A stretch of DNA of 64,000 bases from Octopus sinensis (Eukaryota): assembly GCF_006345805.1 (NCBI RefSeq), contig NC_042998.1, forward strand, positions 18,414,001-18,478,000, in the 5' to 3' direction. A program made the translations under genes and the position numbers. The notes beneath the pieces were generated by a model that did not search any database, was not told the origin of the DNA, and saw nothing but the letters and a program-made list of their open reading frames with translations. The stretch's first letter is position 1, and each line of letters starts with the position of its first letter. Positions 1 through 13,892 of the stretch are shown here, in pieces.

Positions 1-198
1 ATTATACATATGCGTGCTTCGTGTGCAGTTTGAATATGTGTGTTGTTCTTAATTACTGACACTGACGTACTTTTCTCAATCAGTTATTGATATTACAATC
101 TGCAGTGACCTTATGTTTTACCGTAATATATAATAATCATATCATGTCCTAACAACTGTTTTATTATCACTATGCCTAAGTGGAATAAAAAAAAATGT

Positions 199-212
199 TA
201 TACACGCACACA

Positions 213-253
<41 letters not shown>

Positions 254-457
254 TACATTTATCTATCTAACTATATATACGTATAGAGATCTAACTATCA
301 ATCTCTATATGTATATATATATATACAGAGAGAGAGAGAGATAGAACGAGAGACAGAAGGAGAAGGAGAGAGTGAGACAGTGAGACAGACAAAAGACATA
401 CATACAGAAAGACAAGCAGACAGGCAGACAGGTAGGTAGGTAGGTAGATAGATAGAT
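199..457. repeat. Compound microsatellite (CA, TA, GA, GACA, GGTA, GATA)
   Basis: Direct reading. ORFs 291..560 and 305..490 are read-throughs of it. Confidence 0.95.
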
Positions 458-692
458 ATGTTTCTTTATTAGCCACACAGGGCTGCACACAGATAGGACA
501 AATTACAAGGTAGAGCTTTTCTTTTGGGGGTAAAAAAAAGGGAGTTTGGTTTTCGATCAAAAGGGATCGTAAAAGGAAAGAAAGAGGACAAAAAATGGGG
601 GATAAAATTTTTTCAAAAGGGGGGAGAGGAAAAGAATTTGATCAATAGGGATCGTTATCACAGAAATGTCAATACGTAGTGTAAAGGGGAGG

Positions 693-693
<1 letters not shown>
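458..693 (-). mobile_element. Tx1-clade LINE, 3' UTR-only copy
   Basis: Near-identical to 778-1040 (tgtttctttattagccacacagggctgcacacagata...). Bounded by GATA repeats on both sides. Confidence 0.85.

Positions 694-777
<84 letters not shown>
694..777. repeat. (GATA)n array
   Basis: About 21 perfect GATA units. Confidence 0.98.
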
Positions 778-1891
778 TGTTTCTTTATTAGCCACACAGG
801 GCTGCACACAGATAGAACAAATTACAAGGTAGAGCTTTTCTTTTGAAGGTTTAAAAAAAAAAAAAAAAAAAAAAAAGGAAGGGGGAGTTTCGATCAAAAG
901 GGATCGTAAAAGGAGAGATAGAGGACAAAAAAGAGGGGGGTTAAAAAAAAAAAAAAAAAAAAAAAGGGGGGAGAGGAAAAAAAAATTGATCAATAGGGAT
1001 CGTTATCACAGAAATGTCAATATGAAGTGTAAAGGGGAGGACAGGTGAGGTTTACCCGTGGAAAGAAAAGCCTACGGAAAAGACCACGGTAACCTCGGTC
1101 AATGAAGTCACATTTTATTTTCTTTTTTTTTTTTTTTTTTTTTTGCAAATAAGCAACTCTCTGTTTTCGATTTCTGGGTTCATAGGACTATGCTCAAGGT
1201 GGCTTCGTCATTCATACGTGCCATTCTTGCTACATTCACCCATCTTTTTTTAAAACATTCGCTAGACAAAACTTGCCTCTCTACTCTCACTTTCCTTTTC
1301 AAGTGGTACTTGAAGAAGTTGATGAGAGATTGACCAGAGAGGAAAGTGTTTGTCTCCAATCCTTTCAGACGCGTCCACCAGATACATTCTTTCGCCATAG
1401 CCACAAGGATGATGAAAATAGCTCTTCCTTCCCGTTTGAAGGAAGGAGGCGTGACAATATTGACGATAGACTCAGCTGATAAACCGACTCGTCCCACACG
1501 TGACAGCAGTTGTTCGACATAAGCCCACAGGTCGGAAATTGTTGGACACTGACGAGTGCGTGCAGAACGGTTTCGTCGCTCTGACCGCATCTCGGGCAGG
1601 TCGGCCCCGTGTTTCTCGAGCCGTGTCTGTAGAGCTTATCCCGAACGGGTAGCGCTTCTCGGTAGCACTGCCAGGCCAGGGATCTCTGGAAGTTGTCCAT
1701 GGGCCCTGGCCCGAAAGTCGTCCCGAACAGGCGGGTCAGGTACTCCTCGTCGACGTCCAGGTTCGCCCCGAGCTCGTCGTCGTACCTCCCCTCCACTAAA
1801 CCCCTATAGAATGCTTTGGTTGTGTTGAAGTCACTTAAGGTCGACCCAGGACGGCAGAGTTGCTTGAGAGCAACGCGACACTCGCGGTGCC
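778..1891 (-). mobile_element. 5'-truncated Tx1/L1-clade LINE (ORF2 C-terminus with zinc-binding region, plus 3' UTR)
   Basis: Frames 1365..1961 and 1180..1590 join through one frameshift near 1555: LAWQCYREALPVRDKL...CPRCGQSDETVLHALV/QCPTISDLW...KRWVNV. Stop at 1180. Confidence 0.88.

Positions 1892-1934
<43 letters not shown>
1892..1934. repeat. (GATA)n array at the Tx1 5' junction
   Basis: Direct reading. Confidence 0.97.
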
Positions 1935-3060
1935 AAGAACTTGATTTGACAAAGGAAACAATCAACAATCGGGTGTTAAACTCATATAGAGGATGCGTTG
2001 GATAATCTAAACATGGATAGATAACGTTTGAATAAAGATTTATCCTATGATCGTAGGTGATCGACAATATAAGGCAAAGCAACAGACTTTTACACAATAC
2101 CAAACGTTGTAACTCGCCTTGATAGAAATAACAATAATGCCATGGAAACACTAAGTTGAAAGCAAAGTCGATTGATATATTCGTATATAAATTTGCATAC
2201 GATGGCCGGGGAAAAAGCACATGGTGGTTTGGCACAACTGGAACATTAATTCTTTCGATCGATAACCACCGATTCATATGACTACTTGATCCAGAATGAC
2301 CAAGCTTTTGCCAAAATTATCTTCATAATCGATATATATTATTATTATTATTAAGTACGTATTCACTGCTGTAGTTTTATGAGAATTGGCAATATCTTTA
2401 TCCATCGATAAAATACAACAGATTATTTATCGAGGCTACTTTACATTTTGAGTTCAAGTCCAGCTGAATGTACTATGCCCTTTCTGGGATCGACGGAATA
2501 AGTATCAGTCAAGTAGAGTGGTCGATATCATCGATCTCAATTCGTTCCTACAATGGTTCTCTTCATGTCTGCAACAGAAATCGCTATTAATATTTGTCGC
2601 TTTCGCGGTATCATTATTCTGCATAAACGCAGGTGCTAATAAATAGTTATTCAATTATCCGTAATATCTTAAATGTATCAAACGTTTTCCTTGCATTACT
2701 CTCTCTCTCTCTCTCTCTCACCCTCTCTCCATCTCTCATCCTCTCTCTCTCTCTCTCACTCGCTCACTCCTTTGTCAATTTCAGTATTTCTGTTTTTCTC
2801 TCCCTCTCATATAACGTAGTGTGCCAGTCTGTATGCGCGAGCAAATTGATTTAGGGTTTCAAGTAATTAAAATAACAGCAAATACTAATTGAATAAATGA
2901 CTCATTAAATAGTTTATCTTCAGAACACTCTGATGTGGGAACATAATACAATGCACCCATGTTGTCACAATCTACAAACACCGGCTTTTTGGGCTTCTTT
3001 GATGGAAGAAGTGGCATTGATCAAACGAAACTGTTCTTAAGACTTCCAACTGAAGGGGAA

Positions 3061-3600
3061 CGTTTTGCTCCGCATTTTCATTGAGGTTGATTCCATTATG
3101 GGAAGCACTCCGTCGGTTACGACGATGAGGGTTCCGGTTGATCCGAATCAATGGAACAGCCTGCTCGTGAAATTAACGTGTAAGTGGCTGAGCACTCCAC
3201 AGACACGTGCACCCTTAACGTAGTTCTCAGGGATAATCAGTGTGACACAGAGAGTGACAAGGCCGGCCGGCCCTTTGAAATACAGGTACAACTGAAACAG
3301 GAAGTAAGAGTGAGAGAAAGTTGTGGTGAAAGAGTACAGCAGGGATCACCACCATCCCCTGCCGGAGCCTCGTGGAGCTTTAGGTGTTTTCGCTCAATAA
3401 ACACTCACAACGCCCGGTCTGGGAATCGAAACCGCGATCCTATGACAGCGAGTCCGCTGCCCTAACCACTGGGCCATTGCGCCTCCACTGATTCCATTAT
3501 ACGCTTGATATCTCTCAACTCTCCGTCTAATTTTCGCCTTTCTCAGGTCGATAAATAAAGTAAAAAACTGTATGGGTTGTAATGTAGATAATCATTTAGA
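3061..3600 (+). mobile_element. Old family-A SINE interrupted by a family-B SINE
   Basis: Degenerate motifs on both sides of the insertion (ttttcattgaggttgatt / gcctttctcaggtcgataaataaagta). Confidence 0.45.
3100..3488 (-). mobile_element. tRNA-derived SINE family B (head 1 + tail X)
   Basis: A-box TGGCCCAGTGG and B-box GGTTTCGATTCC. 12-bp TSD tgattccattat at 3088-3099 and 3489-3500. Near-identical to 58726-59112. Confidence 0.93.
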
Positions 3601-4723
3601 ATACATTGCTGTATTTGTCTTTGTTATTTACATTGAAATTTCTTCGAAATCTATTCGGGTGGTAGACGTAATTCGTCTTGCGGTGTAATGCTGCCACTAG
3701 ATCCGTGTTTGTGTTTTTCGGATAAGCTTGCTTCTCTTGCAATAATTTGGATCAGCTACTCGGTCTGGGTATCACAAGAGTCTTGAAAATGTCATCCGCG
3801 TTTCTATTAAGTAACGGATAAAAAATACAACGAGGACATATTTTCTGTCCAAAAGCATTCTGTAGGTTGTAGCGAGATCATTTCTGTTTTGCAGCCACTT
3901 TTCAATTTCTTCCATTTTTGTCCTAATTGATTTCATATTTGGTGTATTGGTGTAGTTTGGTATGTTAATCATTGGCATGCAGCTCATTTTCGCCATAGCT
4001 CAATGAATAAAGGCCTTTTAGCTTTTAAAGTTTGTACATTTTGTGGAATTTTAGCTAATGGAAAGCCAGACAGAAAGGTGCTTTGTTTCCACAGTAACAA
4101 GCTAAGCTATTACCAAGCTGTTTACCTACATGGTTATTTTTCGCTTATTAAATGCTTAAAATAAATGAGGTGTGAGGTGGTCGTGTGATGTGCTAAAAAT
4201 GATAACTAAATAGGCCTTAAATTACGCGCTATTTTTTTTCTTTTTGTATACTGGTGCAATTTCCCTTCTGTAAAATACAAATTCGCCGCAATTTATGTGG
4301 GGGTTATATGGCGTGCATAACGCTGTATTCTTCCAATATTTCATGTGTTTACAGTTGACAATACGGGCAGTCATTCACAAAATGATAGCTTTCGAGTCCT
4401 GTTTTCTGACTGGGTAAAAATGGTCAAAATTCACTCATCTGTAAGTTTCAAAAACATTGTTCTGAAGCGTAGAGAGTTACATCAATACACCAGATTTAAA
4501 ATTCTCTCAAAACTTTAAATTTTCCTCAGGTGTTGCCAAACAGAAAGGATCCTTGTAACATCTTACAGTGTATGCAACTTAGGGTAACACTAAATGCGTT
4601 TGTGTAATTCGTGTATCAGTATGTGTCACCTCAAAGCGGTTAATTAACAAATAAATATTTGATTACACCAAGTTTTATGATTTATTATGTAAAGTAAAGT
4701 TCACATACTTGATAAATAAATAA

Positions 4724-4727
<4 letters not shown>

Positions 4728-4786
<59 letters not shown>

Positions 4787-4790
4787 CACA
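4728..4790. repeat. (TA)n microsatellite
   Basis: Direct reading. Confidence 0.97.
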
Positions 4791-5616
4791 CACATGCACA
4801 GATACATGATAACACACGAGAGGAAGAGAAGAATAGACAGGGAGCAACGGAAAGTGTGTTTGGGATTTAGGGCTACAATAGAAAATTAGAGTAACGTACG
4901 GAACCTGTAAGAGGAATCACGCAAAAGAATTCTTGCTTAATAAGATATCAACAACTTTGGTAAGTAATATGTGTTATGGTAAAAGTTAATTACTGTATAT
5001 ATTCAAATAATGAATCTTTGAATAATGAGAAATAACATGAATTTGGTTACGTGAGTGAGTAAAGCAAGTTTGTTTTTTCCTTTGCGATGTTTTGCGTCAC
5101 GCCATTTCCTACTACGGCAACCCCATAAGAATATATAACAGAGAGCTTCTTGCTCAATTCACTGAATCCAATTTATATTTAAGATTCCCTGTAACTCAAA
5201 CTTGACATTCAGATAAACATAATGATTTATGGCCGTTTAGTAAAATGATTAAAAATCAATCCCTGCTTCCTTTGTGTATTGAGGGGTGTTGATGCATACA
5301 TCAACACACGCACACATGCATGCACACACACACGCGCACAGATACATATGTATATAGGCGTACGTATTTATAAAATATGCACGTATGTATGTAGGGATGT
5401 TTGTGCAATTGCTTATTTGTTTGGGTGTCAGATTGTATTTTTATGATATTCTTCGATTGATCATTTTGCCCACATATTTATATGAGTTTGATATCTCTTC
5501 CACCTGTTTATGGGAATGTTTTACTGCGAATTTCAAAAGACAATACAGTTTTACATTTAAGCAGAAACGCGAACACACCAACATAACGATACACACAAAC
5601 ACACGTAAATATGCAT

Positions 5617-5651
5617 GTATATATATATATGTGTGTGTGAGAGAGAGAGAG

Positions 5652-5694
<43 letters not shown>
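5617..5694. repeat. (TA)(TG)(GA)n microsatellite
   Basis: Direct reading. Confidence 0.95.
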
Positions 5695-5696
<2 letters not shown>

Positions 5697-7795
5697 ATGT
5701 GCGTGTGCTAATGTATTTCTTGGTGAAAGTCCTAACGTATCGAAATATATATATATTTGAAATTTATGTGCTGTAAGTAGAGAGAAATTGTGATTTCTCA
5801 AGCGCATTCTTCATACTTACAAAAAAGAAATAGATTTTTAAAAATTAGACGTATTAAATAGGATGGTAGATTTACGGAAATGGACAGAAAATGTCGGTCA
5901 CACCTCTAAGTGTTACCACTAAAGCAAAGAATGAAAATTGCGGAAACTGGATGTACGTATGCTTGCACATATTTATCTATGTTTTAATTAGTAATTGGTA
6001 CTTTAACCAGCGGGAGATTATGTCACTCACTGTTTGAATTTTAAAAGAACACCACTTTCAGAAAACAGCAGTTTCGTTGACAATCTATTCTAGTCGCTTC
6101 TGAATGACATCAATACGTTTCTAAGGTTGTGTATTCTTGCAAGCAAAGACATAAATGCACGAGCACATTCGCACGTATGCATATATGCGTGCATTAATGC
6201 ATGTGTGCGCATGTGCGTGGTTTAATAGGAGGTGGCTGTGGAACAGATATTTTTAAAACAGTTTCTGTGTAGCTTGTATTATGTTGTCATTATTGTGGAA
6301 CCGTGTGTGCTGAATGCTTGCTCTGGAGTACATTCCGTTAAAGACACCCACAAGTCCGTATATAAGGATTATCTCATGAAACGTATATGCGGATTATCTC
6401 ATGACAAAAGGGAATCATCGCAATTCGTGAATACCGAATTTAATTCTTAAACCTCAGTACAATACACTCGGCTGCACTGAAATTAAAGCTGACATTAAAG
6501 CTAACGTCCTAAGCATACTCCTATGCCGCACATCTACGCCACGCTTTTGTTCTGTAAACAGAATAAGCATTAATCATGAACCCTAAATAGAATACGCATT
6601 ATTTTGACATAACAATGATTAGAGAAAACCGCTGAAACTTTATCACATAAATGTAAAAGCATAAAAAAAAAATCATTTATGAAATATAATGTCAAAGAAA
6701 ACAAATACGTCTGAACAGACAATAAAACGGTAATTACCATTATCTTTGTAATGGTTTCTTTTTACGCGCAATTAAAGTTTGGAAAGAAATATGACAGAAG
6801 TTTGTTAATGGATAAATTTATATTTTATATTTAGATTAGGTCCATACGCGCACATGATAATACGTTGATGTAAATAGAAATATACGATAGGCATTATCAC
6901 ATTAATATTGGCAGAATAAATGATAGGAAGTACTAGAACTGAACGATGGAAGCCAGCGAGATTCACTTCAATAACGTGTGACGATGATGATGCAAATTTT
7001 TATATATTTCATTTATGCAACGAATAGCGGCAAGTTATCAATTGGCTCAATATCAAAATTTGTTGAGGCTTTTCCTCCCAGCACTGTAGTAATGAAATCT
7101 AAATCTTGAAATTGAAAGCATATCCCATTCAGAAGTATAGATATTTATCCAGATATTTATTTTCTTCTCGCATTCATCTTTATCTCTTATCAGTAGAAAA
7201 TGTTGTCAAAATAACTAAACTTATCTTCGCATTTATTTCTGTTTTATACTTGGATAAAGAGCTAAAATTCTTGTAGTTTTTTGGGTTTTTTTTTCATATG
7301 ATAATGTTGCATTAAAAGAATGGACACCAAACATTACAGATTGGTTTATTTCATGCCAAATGTCTCTGCGTAAGTTGCAAATTTATTGTATGTAGTTCTA
7401 CGTTGCATTTCGTATCAAGATAATTATGATCATAAATTAATTTTCACTAGAGTTATTTAACAACATGGGCGATGTCGGTGAACGGCAAATAGGATTTTGA
7501 CCATTCCATGCGTATTATTCTCAATAACAATAACTTAGTTTGGGTTGGAACCAAGTTTTTTTATGCATTTTTCTGTTGATTGTCATTCCTTGTTACTCAG
7601 TACGGAAACAGTTTTCAATTCGAAGACTAAAATTCTCTTAAAACAAGGTTCAATTGAACGTGACGAGATATGACCGCAAACATTGCGATTACATTTAAAA
7701 CATTTAAAAGAATACTTGATTATTTTTTATTACTTACAACTAGGAGATTAATTAAGAGATGTGGTTGGAATGTATTCTGATGTATTCTATATTTA

Positions 7796-8026
7796 TATTT
7801 CTTTACTGTCCACAAGGCGCTACACACAGAAGAGACAAACAAGGACAGACAAAGAGATTAAGTCGATTACGTCGACCCCAGTGCGTAACTGGTACATAAT
7901 TTATCGACCCCGAAAGGATGAAAGGCAAAGTCGACCTCGGCAGAATTTGAACTCAGAACGTAACGGCAGAACGTAACCGCTAAGCATTTCGCCCGGCGTG
8001 CTAACGATTCTGCCAGCTCGCCGCCT
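7796..8026 (-). mobile_element. SINE family A (MetaSINE-like central domain)
   Basis: GGCGGCGAGCTGGCAGAA head, GAGTTCAAATTC B-box, GCCTTTCATCCTTTCGGGGTCGATAAATT core. The MetaSINE resemblance is from memory. Confidence 0.9.
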
Positions 8027-10009
8027 TGTATTCTATATTTATGATAAGAAATCCCAACACGCATTTTCCTTCCTGGATCAAAATATTTTCACTAGTCCTC
8101 AAGCATGTAACTCCTATAAACGAGTTACCTTGTACTTATGTTAAAAATTAATGTTATATTACGCATGTATTTTCTGAAAAGAGAAAGCATTAGGCATATG
8201 GAAAATTCACATGTTTAGAAGATTAGGCACGACTCGTACAGAAAAAAGTCTTTTGATGTTAAATTTTTGTTGTGCAGAATGAAATCTGTTCTTCCATTGA
8301 AGTTTGAATTGAAAACACGTTACATAATGAAGATAAATATATCATACGTTTTACGCTGAAACTCACGTAGCGTTCTTCTAGGTTAAATCTTCCCCATTCT
8401 TATTCTTGTTTACTTATTCTCGCATGCACACAAAAAGAGACTTTACAAGTATAAAATACTTTAATATTATCCTTATCCTAATAAGGACAACGACAGTTAC
8501 ATGTATCTACTTTCATTCCAGTGCCTGTCTCTCTAAGTTCAACTTAGTACCGACAGCAATGTCTCCAGTTGTTTTTGTAGATTTATCCTTTACTTCTTAA
8601 ATGTCATTTATGTATGGCAGATAATCTACCTTTTCTTCCTCACTCATTCTATCACAATATGCATATTGTATTTGGCAGACAGTTGTGAGAATTGTAAGCA
8701 GATGGGAAGATTCCGTAGGCCATGATTTTCTTTCAAAGACTACAATCCGTCTTTTGTGTTCGAGTACTACTCTAGTGTTCTAATGCTAGCTATTGTTTCC
8801 AATGAATGAAAACATTCAGTATGATATTTATACAAATAGGTTGAATTTCAAATGGACAAATGTGGATTAATAATCAATACAAGTACAATGTCTTCACCTT
8901 AAACATCTTCAAATATAGCAAAGTAATCTTGTTATTTTTATTTTTATTATAACATGTTAACATATTTCCTCTAAGTGAAATCGCTAAGTGAACCTGTAGA
9001 TTTGATTTGTGAAATTTTCATGCTATATCGAGGTGTTTATCTGAATGCTATTCCTTTGTTCTTTGTTTGCGATAAGCTACATTAAACTAGTATTTAACGA
9101 TAGTTCATAGTTTTACATAAATGTAAAGTAGAAAATGACAGTTTTCTTCTAGAAATCTACGAAATATTAAATATGAGATGTCTACATTTCCGATCTTTAT
9201 TTCCAATAGTTATCCAAAGGTATAAGAAATATTTAATTGATACTGTTGATATAAAAATAAATTTGGTAAATGCTTCGGTTTTATTTTTCATTTAAATGTT
9301 AGTACCTGGGAATTCTGACCACGGTCAAATGTAAAACATGAATATTCATAACAAACTAATTATATATGTGTTTTTGTACATCATAATATTGCGTCGCAGT
9401 TAGTGTTCTGGTCGAATTTCCATTTGCTCTACCCGAGACATATACACTTATCAGCCAGAAATTTCATTATATTGTTTTCTGGAACAAGAAAATATGCACG
9501 ATATGCTGCCTTATGTAGCATATAATAATCCTTGTGTTGTATATATGGAATGCAAGGTCTATTGTATTATGAAATGAGATATAAAATATATTTCATTGCA
9601 AAATTGAAGAAAATAAAATATACACGAATTTTAATCTATAATGTTTTCAAATTTGGTATATGTCTACTTACAAACTTATATACAAGATTCTGGATATTAC
9701 TGCTGTTCCAAATGAGTGATTGAACGTCATTTGATTTTGATAACAGCCTTATGAGCACATGGCTATTTTGTTCTGCGGTGGTACAGCATCTACAGAACAT
9801 ATTTTCAGATTGCACACGAAGAGTTGCTTACGCATATAAATCCGTTTAATGCGATACAAGTCTGTACGTACCTAATTCGTGTTATTTTAATAAGACATAG
9901 CGGTGAACACTATTTACCGATTTCGAAGGGAAAAATACCGAAGTGGATTTCATTGAGATGTATTCGGAACGCGCATATCGTACTGAATATTGCATTTCCT
10001 TTTATTATG

Positions 10010-10012
<3 letters not shown>

Positions 10013-10064
<52 letters not shown>

Positions 10065-10069
10065 TTGTG

Positions 10070-10106
<37 letters not shown>

Positions 10107-10290
10107 GCACATGTATATGTATGTATGTATCTACGTATGTATGCATGCATGTATGTATATATATATATGTGTGTGTGTGTGTATGTTTGTGTGTATGTAT
10201 GTATGTATATATATGTATGCATGTGTGCGTCTATGTAAGTATATATGTGTAAGTATGTTTGTATGAATTTCTGTTTGTGTGTGAGTGCGT
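10013..10290. repeat. Compound TA/TG/TATG microsatellite
   Basis: Direct reading. Explains the ORF cluster at 9824-10408. Confidence 0.95.
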
Positions 10291-10966
10291 GCGTGTCTGT
10301 GCATGAGTATTCCATCAATTGAGAGAGTGCGACATAGCTTTGCTGAGAGACAAAATGGTATTTTTGACAAATGTGAACTCTTCGGTCATTGATCTCGACC
10401 ATTTGCAATAACTCGTGTGATTGATTGACAGATTCAAGAGATATTATTTTTGATGTATAAATTATCGATATAGAATAAGAAAGGCAAGTTTAATATGTTG
10501 AACCGCTGGTCATCTAAAACTGTGTCCAAGTATGACGGGAAAATTCATAACTTGGGATCTGTGCTATTACTTACTTTTCAGTTGAGCTCTTTGAGAATAT
10601 TCTTACATTTTAGTGAATAGGATTCTTAAATTCTAATTATAAAGCCAAGAATTTATATATTTCTTCAACGTATTACTGTTATATATAGAATGATTTAAGT
10701 TCAACTGAAGAATACAACTATGACGATTATTTTCGTCTCGCATGAACAATTCGTATTATACTGAAAATAGATTTTGTCCATCGTGCCGATAAAATAGCTT
10801 CCAGTTATTAGTGGTATTGTTTTGTCTTCAGCCAACCCAGCTCAAGGGAATCAAATGTTTCCTAACAGACATAATTTCGCATTTTCATGCATAATTTATT
10901 TCACACTCTATCATACGATATTATTTTATTTCGTCAAATTGATAGTCTATAATCTGAGAAAGATAC

Positions 10967-11196
10967 ACTCTTTACTCTTTTATTCTTTTACTTGTTTCAG
11001 TCATTTGACTGCGGCCATGCTGGAGCACCGCCTTTTAGTCGAGCAAATCGACCCCAGGACATATTCTTTGTAAGCCTAGTACTTATTCTATCGGTCTCTT
11101 TTGCCGAACCGCTAAGTAACGGGGACGTAAACATACCAGCATCGGTTGTCAAGCGATGTTGGGGGGGCAAACACAGACACAAACACGCACACACAT

Positions 11197-11277
<81 letters not shown>

Positions 11278-11438
11278 ATATACGACATACTTCTTTCAGT
11301 TTCGTCTACCAAATTCACTCACAAGGCTTTGGTCAGCCCGAGGCTATAGTAGAAGACATTTGCCCAAGGTGCCACGCAGTGGAACTGAACCCGGAACCGT
11401 GTGGTTGGTACTACTTACCACACAGCCACTCCTGCGCC
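10967..11438 (-). mobile_element. SINE family C with internal microsatellite
   Basis: GGCGCAGGAGTGGCTGTGTGGTAAG head, GGTTCAGTTCC B-box, CCTTGGGCAA motif, internal TA/CA tract, GAATAAAA/GAGTAAA-type tail. Confidence 0.92.
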
Positions 11439-11675
11439 TATCGGTTATCTATTAAGTATTGTCACGATCCTTTAAAAGCATCGTTGTCAGTAAGCGTTTT
11501 GATTTGTTCTAATTCCTTTTTATAATTCAAAAGAATACAAGTGGTCCACAGTTTTGTTCCAAAACTTGAAGGCATTGTGACGCAAATCCAAAACATAATC
11601 TCAGATTTTGCTATGAACAGTCGTCTATTATTCCATCCATGTGTGTTGCATTTGGTACTGATTGAATGATCCTTT

Positions 11676-11909
11676 AAGGCGGCGAGCTGGCAGAAACGTT
11701 AGCACGCCGGGCGAAATGCTTAGCCGTATTTCGTCTGCCGTTACGTTCTGAGTTCAAATTCCGCCGAGGTCGACTTTGCCTTTCATCCTTTCGGGGTCGA
11801 TAAATTAAGTACCAGCTACGCACTGGGATCAATCTAATCGACTTAATTCGTTTGTCTGTCCTTGTTTGTCCCCTCTGTGTATAGCCCATTGCAGGTAGTA
11901 AAGAAATAG
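11676..11909 (+). mobile_element. SINE family A, full length
   Basis: 15-bp TSD attgaatgatccttt at 11661-11675 and 11910-11924. Ends AAAGAAATAG. Confidence 0.95.
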
Positions 11910-13498
11910 ATTGAATGATCCTTTCATTTGTCATTTTCTGAACAGAATGTTTTAGGATACATCTATTGTCATTGGCCACAGCTGTAAAAATATAGGGAGA
12001 AACTGACGGTATTTTACATGGATTACTTTCACAACACATTCACTGAGCGTTATATTTCCAGGTTTTATAAACCAAAGCCTGCTCTTCTTCATATAATATC
12101 CTGTTTTTAATTACATCTATATAATCGTTATTCTTTCCATATAATTCCCGTTGTTTATTTTAGATTTCTAAATCGTATGTAATATTGTTTTCTTTTATTT
12201 GGTTTCATTTGAAATTCGAAGTGCAGAAGAACTGACGTTTATCTGTACTTTTATTGATGATGTCGTTTATAGCGTCCTAGTATAACTGTACGTGTTATAT
12301 CGAACAATATTCTCTAAGCAAAAACACTTGGAAAATTTTTAGTTAAATGCTACACAGACAAATGTAATCTGATTCTACTTGGTCAAATCTTCATTCTAGC
12401 ACTTCTGTTGCTTTCAGCAAACATTTACACATTGACTGAAGTTCTACAGAGACGCATCAAATGATTGTGACCATTATCAGATTAATAATGGTTCAAAATT
12501 TCTTTAAGTCACTTGTCGCACAGTTCGGGCGGGTTTAGTCTTTTTTTCTAAATAGGTGATCTCGTTTTTCAAAGCGAGGTTGATAACAGAATATGACAGT
12601 CAAATACTAAGTCTACTAGTACATAATATTTCCACCGAATGTGTGATATAGTGCTAACAGTTAAAATCAATATTACACATCTAAAAGTATACATAACATC
12701 ATAAATGGAAGACTAGTAATGAGGAGAAATCTAATGTTAGGTATTTTGTTGTCAGCTTCAGGATTCAAACTTAGGTTTTCAACGCTACTCACCGTGAAAT
12801 TCATTGTTGATAAAATGCAAAGTGCATTTCAATTAAGTCTACATTTCTTGCCAGGAAATAATGATATCTTAACAATTTAAAATATTAAACTACTTACAGC
12901 TAAATATAGATCAATGATTCTGATCTACTGGCCCCTTATATACTCAAGGGCTACATTCGAACTGCAAATTTTTAGAGCTAATCGCAAATTTGTATATCGA
13001 AGTTTTAATCAATGTATTACTGCAACTCCTTAAACACCTGACGATTTGTGGTGTTATCAAATGTAACCGATATTATTGTGATATTTTATATGATCTGGAG
13101 TTCAATTTAATCACAACAATGGGAGCAGAAACAGCATATGTTGAGGGCTGGGATTTTATTATCATTCCGATACACAATAAATTTCTGAGATCCAATGCTC
13201 TTTTAATTAAACAAATTACACTAATTAAATTGAATAGAAGCGATAAAATGACGATAAACTTACTTAAGAGGTGATGTACGCTGATTAGCCAACTTGATAT
13301 TCTGCTTCTCTATTTCGATGCATTAAACTCGTCATACAATAATTGAACTTAATTACACTTTGTGAGCGTATCAGATTTTATTAATATATGTTATTGCATG
13401 TTGCACTCAATGGAGCGAATAGAAATCTGTAAACAAACCAGAAACATTTTCTCCTAATCAGTTTCTACCGCAACTATATGTGTTTATATAGAACTATA

Positions 13499-13892
13499 TC
13501 TTTATATATAAAAGAAAGGTTGTGTGTCTGTCTCCTACGATTTAGATTCCTAACTACTCCCACATTTTGCGGTGCAGTTTAACCAAAACTGGGTATCTTA
13601 TAGTCGTGATTCATATCGAGCCCTTCTGGGTATTAGCGCGCGTCTACGATGAGTCTACGATTTTTAAAAAATTACCATCATTTTTTTCCATTTTAATGCA
13701 TTTTTTCGCTATTATATAAGGGTAGTAACTCTCTAAAAATGTCTACGATAAGTCAACGATTTAAAAAAATATTTACCATAATTTTTTTCCCATTTTTAAT
13801 GCATTTTTGCTATTTTTTGGCTATAACTCTCTAAAAATGCTTATTTAGTTATTTCCCTTACAAACCCGAGCAACGCCGGGCGATACTGCTAG
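13499..13892 (+). mobile_element. Non-autonomous Helitron
   Basis: 5' TC after A(13498). 3' hairpin CCCGAGCAACGCCGGG (13865-13880), then CTAG (13889-13892) before T. No TSD. Internal ~100-bp tandem duplication. Confidence 0.85.

Noticed and set aside
1935-2316. About 128 open codons on the minus strand (non-repeat part of ORF 1831..2277)
   Set aside because: No recognisable motif or splice signals. A rough estimate gives about 0.5 such frames by chance in 64 kb of this composition.
3772-3996. 74-aa ORF MAKMSCMP...
   Set aside because: Unrecognised, and it overlaps an alternative terminal-exon reading; there is not enough support for a CDS.
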